From: an uncultured Planctomycetaceae bacterium
Lineage (GTDB): Bacteria > Planctomycetota > Planctomycetia > Planctomycetales > Planctomycetaceae
NCBI GenBank assembly: GCA_963813715.1
Contig: CAWFAK010000012.1
Span: 64,001-128,000, forward strand
Length of the DNA: 64,000 nt
Direction: 5' to 3'
This document shows, in pieces, positions 1-10,600 of the stretch. How positions within the stretch are numbered: position 1 is the first letter of the stretch; the number at the start of each line of letters is the position of its first letter. The notes under the pieces were generated by a model. The model saw only the letters and a list, made by a program, of their open reading frames with translations, searched no databases and was not told the DNA's origin. The position numbers and the translations under genes are program-made.

Positions 1-124
1 AATCCCCGGGAAATTCATCCTAACACGGCGGCCGGACGAATTCGACTGGACGGCGACCCTGCCCCGGTTCGAACGCGAAGCACCGCGCCGGTTTTGAGGT
101 TTTTCAGTCGGGCGGAGGCTGCTC

Positions 125-445
125 TCAGCCGGGCGAGTTTGTCGTCTCGGTCGACCCGGCGTCCGGTTGCGGGATCGGTTCGGCCGGAGCGTGTCGCTCA
201 TGCGGATGGCCCGCCACCGTCGACGGGGTCCACGACGGCGGGTCACTGGCCGGAAAAGTCTCCATCCCGGCTTCGTCGACGAGAAAGTCCTCGAAAGGCG
301 CGTTCGGTGCGGCTTCCGCCTGTGTGTCTTCGTCCGGAGAGGGGGAGGCATCCTCATCGCGCACGAGTTGTTCGGAGAGTTTACGTTCATCGGAGAGGGT
401 GACCTCGGTCGCCTGCTCCGCATGGTCTTGTTTGCTTTCGAGCAT
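125..445 (-). CDS. small acidic hypothetical protein with DEAxxExFPASDPPxW motif
   Basis: 106-aa ORF containing VDEAGMETFPASDPPSWTP, a motif typical of a widespread small uncharacterised protein family; GAGG RBS-like sequence upstream. Confidence 0.65.
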   Translation of the reverse strand: MLESKQDHAEQATEVTLSDERKLSEQLVRDEDASPSPDEDTQAEAAPNAPFEDFLVDEAGMETFPASDPPSWTPSTVAGHPHERHAPAEPIPQPDAGSTETTNSPG

Positions 446-993
446 CGGCTTATGCCTCTCTTAGAAATCTCGAGATCGCCGCGTGCCGCGCTGCAGTCCT
501 TAACCCGTGCCGCGCTCTGCACCTGTGGAGACGTGCGGCGCCGCACCTCTGGGCACATCCATTGTTCCGCCCACTAAGCTCTCTACTCTGCACGTTTGGG
601 GCCTTTAGCTTGCGCGATTTTGCAGATTGGCTCAACGCGATGGTCAGATGATGACCACCTATCGAGTAACGCCACGTCGGCCGCCGCGCGGCGATCTGCC
701 CTTTTTCTGGAACTGCTGGATGCCGCTAATCTTCCGACCCCTTCCGATCTTACCTCGCCGCTGACACCAACTCCCGACGCTCGCCGCGCTCGGTGCGTAG
801 TGCACCCTTGATTCACCCATGGCCGGTTGATTCCGGATGCCGCGCTCAAGCAACTGTATCGATCCAGTCCGAGTTGGTTGCAGCGCGTCTCCGCGCCTCT
901 CTTTCCGCTACGGGCGGGTCGCGTCTATCGCCAGACCGCGGCGGGGATCCAGGCGACCGAGTTCTCCCGGCCGATGGGCGGCAGCTTCGCCGC

Positions 994-2082
994 CTACTCG
1001 CCGTCCGCCGCCGCTGATTTCATGTATTCGCGCAAGAGACACGTGGCGTAACTGCCGCAGGGCAACTCGAAGTCGAGTCGCAAGTCCCTCTCGCTTGCTT
1101 GCACGACCAGGTTGGTCGGCCAAACAAGCAGTGGTCGGCGCGTGCCGCTGGTGAGTTGTGAATATCGTGTGAAGTCGGCCGCCGTGAGTCCCCAATCATC
1201 CAGCACCCCTTGCTCGAGTTCGGCCGCGTCGCCCTGCGGGTGCGCATCTTGGGCCCGAAGATCGGTCCCGTGATCACCGTTTCGCGAGCGTCGAAGCGGC
1301 GCTGTTCGACGGCCCGATCTTCCACCACAAACGGCCCGCCGCTCGCTGCCACTTGCATCACATCGCCGGCCAGCACCGTGTGCAAGCGGCCGCTGGTGAG
1401 CCGTGCGGCGAGCACCGCGTTGAACAGGGCCGACTGCACGGAAGACAGCGCCATCCGCAGCAAGAATCGCCGTTTGGCAGGCGGAATCGAACGGGGCGAC
1501 GCACGTCCACTGATCAGATCGAGGCCCAGTTGCAGCGTTTGCTCCGCGTGGCCGAACCGCTGCTCCCCGAAGTAATTCGGAAATCCTAAACGGCCAACGA
1601 CCTCGGCGATGTATTTCGCGCTCGGCCGCGCCGTCGACCACGTCGCGCAGCAAAAGCGAAAAGCGATTGCCGCGCAAGTGTCCCGTGCGGAGCTTGTTGC
1701 CATGCCGCGCGCTCTTTAAAACACTCACGCGATCGCTCGCAATCTGGGCAACGTTCGCCTCGCAGCGGGCAGGAACGGAAATCCACTGGCGGGTGACTGC
1801 GCGGCGATCTTTCACTCCGGCCATGCCGATGTCGGCCGAACGCACGTCCAGCCGACGGGCCAGGTGTCGCAGCAGCTCGTCGGCCGACAGATCCCGTTTT
1901 TCCAGCCACAGAAACAGGTGTTCGCCCGCTCCGCTCGGCTCGTAAGCGGCGATTTCCTCGACCACAAAATCGTCCGGCTCGCGCTTGAGCGTGCCACCCA
2001 CGCCGGGCAACTCCGGGGTCAAATAGGGAAGAGAGGCGAAGGCGGCGGTCCGTGTTTTGCGGTCGTGCGGGCGCATGTCCAT
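994..2082 (-). CDS. truD: tRNA pseudouridine(13) synthase TruD (split by frameshifts)
   Basis: DFVVEE, AGVKDRRAVTRQW, KLRTGHLRGNRF, FPNYFGEQRFG and C-terminal RRPL...FELPCGSYAT motifs, spread over ORFs 994..2082 and 1020..1703. Confidence 0.9.
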   Translation of the reverse strand: MDMRPHDRKTRTAAFASLPYLTPELPGVGGTLKREPDDFVVEEIAAYEPSGAGEHLFLWLEKRDLSADELLRHLARRLDVRSADIGMAGVKDRRAVTRQWISVPARCEANVAQIASDRVSVLKSARHGNKLRTGHLRGNRFSLLLRDVVDGAAEREIHRRGRWPFRISELLRGAAVRPRGANAATGPRSDQWTCVAPFDSACQTAILAADGAVFRAVGPVQRGARRTAHQRPLAHGAGRRCDASGSERRAVCGGRSGRRTAPLRRSRNGDHGTDLRAQDAHPQGDAAELEQGVLDDWGLTAADFTRYSQLTSGTRRPLLVWPTNLVVQASERDLRLDFELPCGSYATCLLREYMKSAAADGE

Positions 2083-2156
2083 GTAACATTCCAGCAGCCG
2101 GTCGTTCGATTCTCCGGCAAAGCGGTTGTTTTATCTTCCGGCAAAGCCGGTCGTCT

Positions 2157-2162
2157 TATAAT
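2157..2162 (+). promoter_or_regulatory. putative -10 box for ppa
   Basis: perfect TATAAT about 90 nt upstream of the ppa ATG. Confidence 0.45.
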
Positions 2163-2251
2163 GTGCTGACCCGCGCGGCTCATCCCCACGACGGCCGACG
2201 GGCCTTGCCTGTCGCCCGGGCACGCGGCGTCTGCTCTCTCAAGGTACGAAA

Positions 2252-2821
2252 ATGAACACCCACCCGTGGCACGACATCCCCTTGCCGAGTGACATCGTCG
2301 AGTGGTTTCCCGTCTACGTCGAGATCCCGCGGGGCTCGAACGTCAAATACGAGCTCGACAAGGCGACCGGCCTGTTGATGGTCAGCCGCGTGCTGTTTAG
2401 CGCGGTCTACTATCCAGCCAACTACGGCTTCATTCCGCAGACCTATTGCGAGGACGGCGACCCGCTCGACGTGCTGGTGCTCGGGCAGGAACCGGTCATC
2501 CCGCAGGCCGTGATGCGGGCGCGAGCCATCGGCGTGATGCCCATGCGTGACGAAAAGGGGCAGGACGACAAAATCATCGCCGTCCACATCGACGACCCCG
2601 AGTATCGCAGCTATCGCGACATCGAGGAACTGCCCGACTATCGCACGCTGCAACTACAGCGGTTCTTTCTCGACTACAAGGTGCTCGAAGGCAAGGAAGT
2701 CGTCATCGACAAGCCGCTCGGGGCCGAAGACGCGCTCAAGATCATCCACCAGGCGATCAGCGACTACGACCGAAAACGCCGCCAACTGATCGCCAAGACG
2801 CGCAGCCCGTTTGACAATTGA
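2252..2821 (+). CDS. ppa: soluble inorganic pyrophosphatase (family I)
   Basis: [41 protein letters not shown]. Confidence 0.95.
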   Translation: MNTHPWHDIPLPSDIVEWFPVYVEIPRGSNVKYELDKATGLLMVSRVLFSAVYYPANYGFIPQTYCEDGDPLDVLVLGQEPVIPQAVMRARAIGVMPMRDEKGQDDKIIAVHIDDPEYRSYRDIEELPDYRTLQLQRFFLDYKVLEGKEVVIDKPLGAEDALKIIHQAISDYDRKRRQLIAKTRSPFDN

Positions 2822-2972
2822 TGTCAGATCGTTGACGTCGGAGCTGAGTTGGCCGCTGACGTTGGAGGTCGGACCTCTGGCGTCTGATCGCTGACGTCGC
2901 TGGCGAGACTCGCGCCCTGCCGGTTACAGTGCCGCCTACTTCTTTCCGCGGCAACGGGGCCCGAGTTGAGTT

Positions 2973-4530
2973 ATGAGCGTCCGCACGGCCGGGCTGGTCA
3001 CGGTTACGCTGTTCTACGCGATTTTTTTCGCCCTCGGGACCTACGTCGGCCGGCGCACGAAGAAGAACCAAACGACCGACGGGTTGCTCCTGGCCGGCCG
3101 CCGGTTGCCCCTCGTGCTGGGCGTGCTGACGATGACCGCCACCTGGCTCGACGGCGGCTACATCAACGGCACGGCCGAAAATGTCTACGCCAACGGCATC
3201 GTCGCCACGCAGGCCCCCTGGGGTTACGCGCTGTCGCTGATTTTGGGCGGGCTGTTCTTCGCCGCTCCCATGCGGCGGCACGGCTTCACCACGATGGTCG
3301 ACCTGTTCGACCGCCGCTACGGCAAAGAGGCGGCCGCCGTGCTCTTCGTGCCGGCAGTGCTCGGTGAAATCTTCTGGAGCGCGATGATTCTGGCCGCGCT
3401 CGGCATGACCTTCAGCACGATTCTCGAGATCAAGCAAACGCCGGCCGTCTCTGCTCTCGACGGCCATCGCCGTCGCCTACACGGTTCGCGGCGGACTGTG
3501 GGCGGTCGCCTGGACCGACGCACTGCAGTTCTTCTTCATGGCCGGCGGGCTCTGCCTGTCGATTCCTTTTCTGCTCGATCACGTCGGCGGACTATCCCAC
3601 GTCTGGACCGCGTACCACGACCAGCTTGGCACCAACGCGTCGCTCGTGCCTCCGGCCGCGGCGTTCCAATTTGCGAATTGGCGCGAGTCGTGGGGCTGGG
3701 GGTGGCTCGACACGGCGCTCCTCTTGATCTTCGGCGGCATTCCCTGGCACGTTTATTTTCAGCGAGTGCTGGCCTGCAAGACCGAGCGGACGGCCGTCGC
3801 CTTCTCCGTCTGCGCGGGCTTTTTGTGCCTGGCCATGTCGCTGCCGCCGGCCCTGATCGGCGCGATCGGCCGCACGATCGACTGGTCGCAGGCGCCGGTC
3901 GGTCCGCCCGAGAGCGCGGCCATGATCTTGCCCTATTTGCTGCGGAACCTGACGCCGCCGCTCGTGGCGGCCGTCGGCTTGGGGGCGATCGCAGCGGCCG
4001 TCATGTCATCGATCGATTCATCCTTTCTCTCGGCCTCGTCGATGTTCGTCTGGAACGTGTATCGACCGATCTTTCGCCCGGCCGCCGGACACGCGGAGAT
4101 TCGCCTGATGGTGCGCTTGGCCATTCTCGTGGCCGGCGGCGCGGCGGCCTCTCTGGCGCTCGCCACGACCAGCATTTATTCGCTGTGGGTGCTCTGCTCG
4201 GATCTGATTTACGTAATCCTGTTTCCGCAATTGGTCTGCGCGCTCTTCGTGCGCTGGACTAATGCGGCCGGCGCGATGGCCGGTGCGTGCACCGGGTTGG
4301 CACTGCGTGTGGCCGCAGGCGAGCCGACGCTGGGCATCCCCGCGCTCCTGCCGTTGCCGATCGACAGCCAGCACGGGTTCTACGTCTTCCCCTATCGCAC
4401 GGCAGCCATGCTGGCCGGATGGCTGGTGCTCTTGGTCGTCTCCCGTTTGACGCAAACAGCTTTCCCGCCGCGGAGTCTGGCCGTACCATCGTCGGACGGT
4501 CCCCTTCCCCAGTCAGACTCGCCCGCATGA
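2973..4530 (+). CDS. sodium:solute symporter, high-affinity choline transporter (SLC5A7/CHT1)-like; frameshift near 3455
   Basis: TATWLDGGYINGTAE, GGIPWHVYFQRVL, AAVMSSIDSSFLS, SDLIYVILFPQL; many TM helices. Confidence 0.85.
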
Positions 4531-5261
4531 GCGATCCCGCACCACAGATCTATTCGCCTCGGGAAAAACTGTTCGCCTACGCCGTCCACGCCTACACGGC
4601 GATGGGGCTGTTGTGCGCCGCGCTGATTGCCGCCGACATCCTGCAGCAGAACTATCGCCGGGCCTTCCTCTGGATGATCGTGGCCGTGCTGATCGATGCC
4701 ACCGACGGCACATTCGCCCGCAAGTTCCGCGTGAAGGACGTCGTGCCGCACATCGATGGCCGCAAGCTCGACGACATCGTCGACTACGTCAATTACACGT
4801 TCCTGCCGCTCATGATGATCGCCGGCGCCAATTGGCTCCCCGCGCCCGGCTGGCTGTGGATCAGCGTGCCGCTGGTCGCCAGCGTGTTCGCCTTCGTCAA
4901 TACCGGAGCCAAAGAGGAGACGAACGGCTTCTTCCTGGGCTTCCCCTCCTATTGGAACGTGTTCGCGTTTTACACGGCGGTCTGGTTTTCGGAATTCGGC
5001 CGCGGCCTCGTGCTGGCGATCGCGCTTGTGCTCAGCGGACTGAGCGTGCTGCCGCTGCGGTTCGTTTATCCGAACCGCGCGCCGCGATGGCGGATGCTGT
5101 TCATCGCCGGCGGGCTCGTCTGGCTGGCCATCATCGGCGTCATTCTCTGGTACTACCCACAACAACCGGTGCCCGCCGCGCTCCTCTGGATCTCGGCCGT
5201 CTATCCGGTGCTCTACGTCGTCGCGTCGCTGTATCTCGACCGGCGGCTGCGCGAGACCTGA
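4527..5261 (+). CDS. pcs: phosphatidylcholine synthase (CDP-alcohol phosphatidyltransferase family)
   Basis: VHAYTA, DATDGTFAR, IDGRKLDDIVDY, FLGFPSYWN, FVYP; ATGA overlap with the symporter stop. Confidence 0.8.
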   Translation: MSDPAPQIYSPREKLFAYAVHAYTAMGLLCAALIAADILQQNYRRAFLWMIVAVLIDATDGTFARKFRVKDVVPHIDGRKLDDIVDYVNYTFLPLMMIAGANWLPAPGWLWISVPLVASVFAFVNTGAKEETNGFFLGFPSYWNVFAFYTAVWFSEFGRGLVLAIALVLSGLSVLPLRFVYPNRAPRWRMLFIAGGLVWLAIIGVILWYYPQQPVPAALLWISAVYPVLYVVASLYLDRRLRET

Positions 5262-5310
5262 ACTGCGATTCGACTCGAGGCCGCGAATGACTGGTCGGGG
5301 TAGTCCGCGA

Positions 5311-5937
5311 TCAATCCGTCCGCCACATTCGAATGAATTGGGCAACGTCCTCCTCGGAAAGCGCGACATGCGATTTCGTCATCGCATTCAGGATGACGGT
5401 GATTTCGGGTGAAATGACGCCGGCGAGACGACGGCCGATCATCGACAACAGGTGGAAACCGATACTTCTGTTGGCTGCGTTCACGTAGGCACCGACGAAC
5501 TCGCCCGCGGCTTCCTCCGTGCTGAAAATTGGGAAGCAAATCTGGTGGCCGGCTGGGAAAAAGAAAGGCGTCGCAGCTTCGCCGTTCTGCTTCATTTGAG
5601 CAAATTGGGCGGCATCCCTCTCTATGCGTGCCAACAGTTCGGCCTTCGAAAGGTTCGTGGCATCGAGGCCGATAGGATCCGGTGTCGATAACACGTGGAC
5701 CCCGGTCCGTCCCAGCAAGTCCAAAAACGCCGTTCGATCGCGGCCCCGTGCCAGTCGGACCAGCCGATCACCGCGCCCGAAAAGATTTGTGAGCCGTTGT
5801 CGCAGGGCCAATTGTTCCCTCGATCGAAAAGTAGCGAATGCGGAGTCGTTTCGGCTTAAGCCGTCATCGGCCGGGCGCAGACGCCGGGCCGGCACGATTG
5901 CGTCCTCGTGCGAAATGCTGGCTTTGCGGCGTTTCAT
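5311..5937 (-). CDS. hypothetical protein
   Basis: 208-aa ORF with globular-looking composition and lower GC; start uncertain. Confidence 0.5.
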   Translation of the reverse strand: MKRRKASISHEDAIVPARRLRPADDGLSRNDSAFATFRSREQLALRQRLTNLFGRGDRLVRLARGRDRTAFLDLLGRTGVHVLSTPDPIGLDATNLSKAELLARIERDAAQFAQMKQNGEAATPFFFPAGHQICFPIFSTEEAAGEFVGAYVNAANRSIGFHLLSMIGRRLAGVISPEITVILNAMTKSHVALSEEDVAQFIRMWRTD

Positions 5938-5997
5938 TAACTGCTCGTCCTTTGCTTGTTATCGGCCCAACACTCCTTCCGGTCAGCGCGAACGCAC

Positions 5998-6531
5998 TCA
6001 GGGCAAAAAACCCCGCTCGCGGAGTTCCTGGATGTTGTCCGACGCGCTCTTCCACACCCGCTCGGCCGCGTAACGCAAGAGGGCGATGCCGGCCAGTTCC
6101 GGGGGAGCCGTCAGGATGGCCGTGTGATCTTCTTCTTCGTTATCGAGCTCTTTGTTGAGGCGATTGACCACTTCCTCGACGCTGTCGCTTTGCACCTGCT
6201 TGGGGCCGCTGGCGTTCGTCAGCTTCAGGTGCGAGAAGCCGGCTGTCCGAGCCAGCAGGAACTGGGCCACCTCCGCGTTGCTGTCGCTGTCGAAGAAATT
6301 CTGGAATTCCGGGCTGGCGCTCTGAGGCGTGATGATCGTCGGCCGCGCGATCCGCACCTCACCGCGGGTCAGCGAGACGGTCTCTCCCGGCCGCGGCGCG
6401 CTCAACACCAGAAAGTAGGGCAGCAGCGATTCGCCGAACGTAAACAGCGAATAGTGCACGTTCCGCCGAATCGAAACGGCCTCCCAGGCTGCGCGAAACC
6501 GCTGCTCCTGCTCGAATTCGTTGAACCACAT
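5998..6531 (-). CDS. conserved hypothetical protein
   Basis: ORF from MWFNEFEQ with typical codon usage; TATAAT 9 nt before the ATG. Confidence 0.7.
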   Translation of the reverse strand: MWFNEFEQEQRFRAAWEAVSIRRNVHYSLFTFGESLLPYFLVLSAPRPGETVSLTRGEVRIARPTIITPQSASPEFQNFFDSDSNAEVAQFLLARTAGFSHLKLTNASGPKQVQSDSVEEVVNRLNKELDNEEEDHTAILTAPPELAGIALLRYAAERVWKSASDNIQELRERGFLP

Positions 6532-6674
6532 GACGTTGGAATTATAGCCGCCCGAGCCAGACACCACATCCGGATGCCCGAGTCGGATGCCACAGCCTGC
6601 CGACACACTCGGCCAGCCCACGTCGACTGCCAACGTGCGCCGACGCCTGCCGGCCGATCGTTTACGATCAAGGC

Positions 6675-7631
6675 ATGGAACAGTCACTCGATCGCCGCGA
6701 GCCGCAGGTCTTCCTCAACGGCCGGATGGTCCCCGCGTCGCAGGCTCACCTCACCGTGTACGACGCCGGCGTGGTGCTTGGTGCGACCGTCACCGAGCTG
6801 GTGCGGACCTTTCGCCATGAGCCGTTTCGGCTCGACGACCATCTGCGGCGGCTGGCCCAATCGCTGCACTTCGTCGGCTTCGACATCGGCCTGTCGATGG
6901 AAGAGCTGGGCCGCACTGTGCGGAGTCTGGTCGCGAACAACGTCGCGCTGCTGACTCCTGAGGACGAGCTGGGCCTCGTGATCTTCGTGACCGCGGGCGA
7001 GTATCCGACGTACGCGGGCGGAGCGGCGGGCAGCGTGCGAACGACGCCGACGGTCTGCGCCCACACGTTTCCGCTGCCGTTCGAGTTGTGGGCGGCCAAA
7101 GTGCAATCGGGCGTGCACCTCGTCACACCGTCGATCCGCCACGTGCCGCCGCAGTGCTACGACCCGAAAATGAAGTGCCGCAGCCGCATGCACTATTACC
7201 TGGCCGATCAGCAGGCGCGACTCGTCGATCGGGACGCCTCGGCACTCCTACTCGACCTGGACGGCAACGTCACCGAAACGGGGGCCGCGAATTTCCTGAT
7301 GGTCGAGGACGGGACGATCGTCTCGCCGTCGCTCCGCAACACGCTGCCGGGCGTGAGCCGCGCGACCGTCATCGAGCTGGCGGCCAAGCTCGGCATCCCG
7401 TTCGCCGTCCGCGACTTCCAAGTCTTCGACGCAGTGAACGCCGACGAAGCTTTTTTGGCGAGCACGCCCTACTGCCTGATGAGCGTGACCAGGATCAACG
7501 GCACGCAAATCGGCACGGGGAAGCCGGGCCTGATCTATCAGCGGCTGGCGCAGGCGTGGAGCGAGCGCGTCGGCCTCGACATCGTGCGGCAAGTCGTCGA
7601 CGGGGCGAAGCGGCGAACGGCGAAGTCGTAG
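6675..7631 (+). CDS. PLP-dependent class IV aminotransferase (BCAT/D-amino-acid aminotransferase-like)
   Basis: FLNG, FRLDDHLRRL, KCRSRMHY, ETGAANF, LPGVSR, ADEAFLAST. Confidence 0.9.
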   Translation: MEQSLDRREPQVFLNGRMVPASQAHLTVYDAGVVLGATVTELVRTFRHEPFRLDDHLRRLAQSLHFVGFDIGLSMEELGRTVRSLVANNVALLTPEDELGLVIFVTAGEYPTYAGGAAGSVRTTPTVCAHTFPLPFELWAAKVQSGVHLVTPSIRHVPPQCYDPKMKCRSRMHYYLADQQARLVDRDASALLLDLDGNVTETGAANFLMVEDGTIVSPSLRNTLPGVSRATVIELAAKLGIPFAVRDFQVFDAVNADEAFLASTPYCLMSVTRINGTQIGTGKPGLIYQRLAQAWSERVGLDIVRQVVDGAKRRTAKS

Positions 7632-7682
7632 ACAAGCCGCTGAGATTGACGGGGAATTGGACGAGCCCCGCCGCGTGGCGGC

Positions 7683-10600
7683 TCAGCGGTACGTTCGAAC
7701 GGGGCGGAAACCATAGGTGACGGCGCGATAACCCGGCACGTCGGTGCTCCGGTTGGGGGAACGGATGATCGATGATCGGCTCAAGAACGCCCCGCCGCGC
7801 AAGATGCGGCCATCTTCGGCTTTCACGGGCTGCGTCGACGGTGCGTCGTCGAAAATCTTGTTCGGATCGTCCGGATATTCGCGGAAGACGTCGTAACACC
7901 TTTCCGCCGCGTTCCCCAACATGTCGAATAACCCAAAATCATTCGGCTTCAGCGCGCACGTGGGCCACGCGCGAGTCTCGCTGTTGGTGACGAACCACGC
8001 ATATTCCGGTAGAAGCCGCTCGGATGATCCGTAGTAGCGGCTCGTCAACGTTCTCGCTCGACACGCAAACTCCCACTCGGCTTCGGTCGGAAGCCGATAG
8101 CCCGTCAATTCCCAAAACTTATCCTTGGCCTTCATGCCCGGACCGTAAACTCCGCCTTTGGGGTCGTAGCACCATTGGTCCCTGGGGATTTTCTCCTCTT
8201 GGCTTAGCCAATCGCAGTAATGGACCGCCTCATACCATGACGGCATTGTCTGCGGTGAATCTTCGGTTCGAACGAACTTTTGCAGCTTCGAGAAGCTTGC
8301 CTGATCGTGCTTGACGACATTCAGGAACCGGTGAAATTGGGCCACGCTGATTTCTTGAGCACAGATCGCATACCTCCGTCCAATGTGTCGACGGTGCCGA
8401 GTTTCTTGGGCTGCCCGACCCGCCTCGGACTCGGCCGATCCCATCCAGAACCAGCCCTCCCGCGCATCGACGATGACAAACGTCTGCTTCTGATTGTTGA
8501 CGTACCATTGGCGAACGCTGCTGGCATTTCCGTGATTCAATTGCGTGTCGTCACCCTTGAGCTTCTCAAGCACGGCTTCCACGCGGTTCGCTTGCCCCCA
8601 TTTTCGCAGCAGCCACTCGACCGCGCCGTGCATCCCCGCGTCCGGGTCGTTCTCGTACACGACCACGAGCTTCTCGATCAGCGGTTGCCGCTCGGCGGGA
8701 GACAGCTGCGTGTCCGTAAACTGCCCCAAGGTCAGCGCCAAGGCCCGACGAATCGTCACGTCGGTCTCCGAATCGAATCTTTGGAGGATGGCCTGAGGGT
8801 CGCCCCCGAGCGGGCCGAACCAATGAATGACGTAACTGCGAACTCGGGGGTCGGGACTGAACTTGAGCAGCGACCAGACACTTTCCGAGGCCCCCAGCCG
8901 GAATCAGCAACACGCCGGAATTGGCCTGTCGCTTTGCCAGGAATTCCTTCTGATCCTCGGTCGCTGTTTCCGGTAATTGTTTGCCGATTTCTGCTTGAGC
9001 CAGCCGGACCGCTTCGTCCTTGTGTGGAGCGAGCGCGTGGAAAATCAACGGGAACTGAAAGTCCTCGGAGTCGACCAGCAAGTTGAACAACTCTTCCGGC
9101 TGGTTGGCGGCATAATCCGCCAGGGTTTCCGTGGCGAAGCTACGTGCCTGTTCCTTTCGCTTCGAATCCCGATAGATCAAGGCAAGCGGCTTGATCAACT
9201 GCGCGTGGGCGGGTCGGAGAGCTTCTCGCCAGGCCACGAGCGCCGAGGCTTCCAAGGTCACCAAGTGATCCGCCACGATCGTGTTGATTTGGCCCCATTG
9301 CGGGTCGTCGGGCTGGTAGCTGGCCAAGGCACAGGCGGCCTGAAATCGCTGTGCCGTCTCTCGATGCTTGTCGAGCGCCACATCCCATAGCGGCCCAGCG
9401 ACGCTGCCCCGGTGTGGCGACAGCGCGTCTCGCACGACGGCAAACCGGCTCGGCGACACTCGCAGCAAATCGTCCCGCAGTGGGGCAAGCTTGCTTTGAT
9501 CCACCGGAAGCAGTGCCAGATCCAAATGCAGCTTTTGATTGGAGCCCGGTTTTGCGTCGCCATCTTCGCGTCGGAGGAGCGGGTCAGCCCAGCGGCGGTA
9601 GCCGTGCAGCTCGCGAATAATGCCGGGCACTTCGGCACTGTCGGCGGCGAGGAGCCGTTTCACGAGGGCGGCCGCGTAATCAGCGTGACGGCTCTCCTCA
9701 ATCTGTCGGGAGACCGTCACGCCGAAGATCGCCAGAGCGATTAACGCGGCGGCCGCGATCCCGACTGCGCAGGCCATGAAACCGCCCCGCGTTGCTCATC
9801 ATCCTGCGCTCGTGGGGAGTCCATTTCCTTTGATCGGTCAGCAATCGAATGTTGAGAAACTCCCAGAACGACGGCAGATGACGGCTCTCTCGCTTCTCCT
9901 TCCAATGAGCCGCGCGGTCGGCCAGTCGCAGCTCGGCCCGTCCCCGCCGAGTCTCCCTTTGTTTGCGGGTCAACCACTCCCGCAAGGAGGGAACCAGGTA
10001 ATCGTGCGTAAGCTGGTAATACTTGTGCCCGGAGTCGACCTTTGGGTGCGGCAAATCCGAAGCGATGCCTTCCGGGTCGGTCGGCGTGATCAGCCGGACT
10101 TCGTTGTCCAAGATTCGAATCAGATCCTCGAAGTCCTTCGGGCGATCTGCATATCCCGAGGCGTCCAGGAGCTCCTGGCGGGACTGCATCTTCCCCTTGA
10201 TGTCCGATCCTTGCTCGGGGAGCAGCGTTTTGAGGACCGCACGGGCCGCTTTCTGATGGAGGCGGTGACTTGGGTTCGCGCTGGGAGCGCTGAACGTTTC
10301 TTCCAAAAAGGTGACGCCGACGCCTTCCGTGCCGCCGACCCCTTTCAGAGTGGCGAGCGTCCAGGGCTTGCCCTTGACCATGTCGGCAAACAGGGCGAGC
10401 CGCACCGAAATCACCCGGCCATCTTGAGCCAGGCCGGTCACGGCTTGATCCAGGAACTCCTCCTGGTCTTTAGACAAATTGTCCGGCAGAGCCCCGAACG
10501 CCCGGCCGAAATCCGTCAAAACTTTCCGGGCATGCCGCAGATCGAACAGGTCGACCAAAGCGATGTTCTGGTCCGGAATAAGATCGACTTCCAGCGCGGC

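Noticed and set aside
596..1051. Short + strand ORFs next to truD
   Set aside because: No recognisable motifs or RBS; partly antisense to truD.
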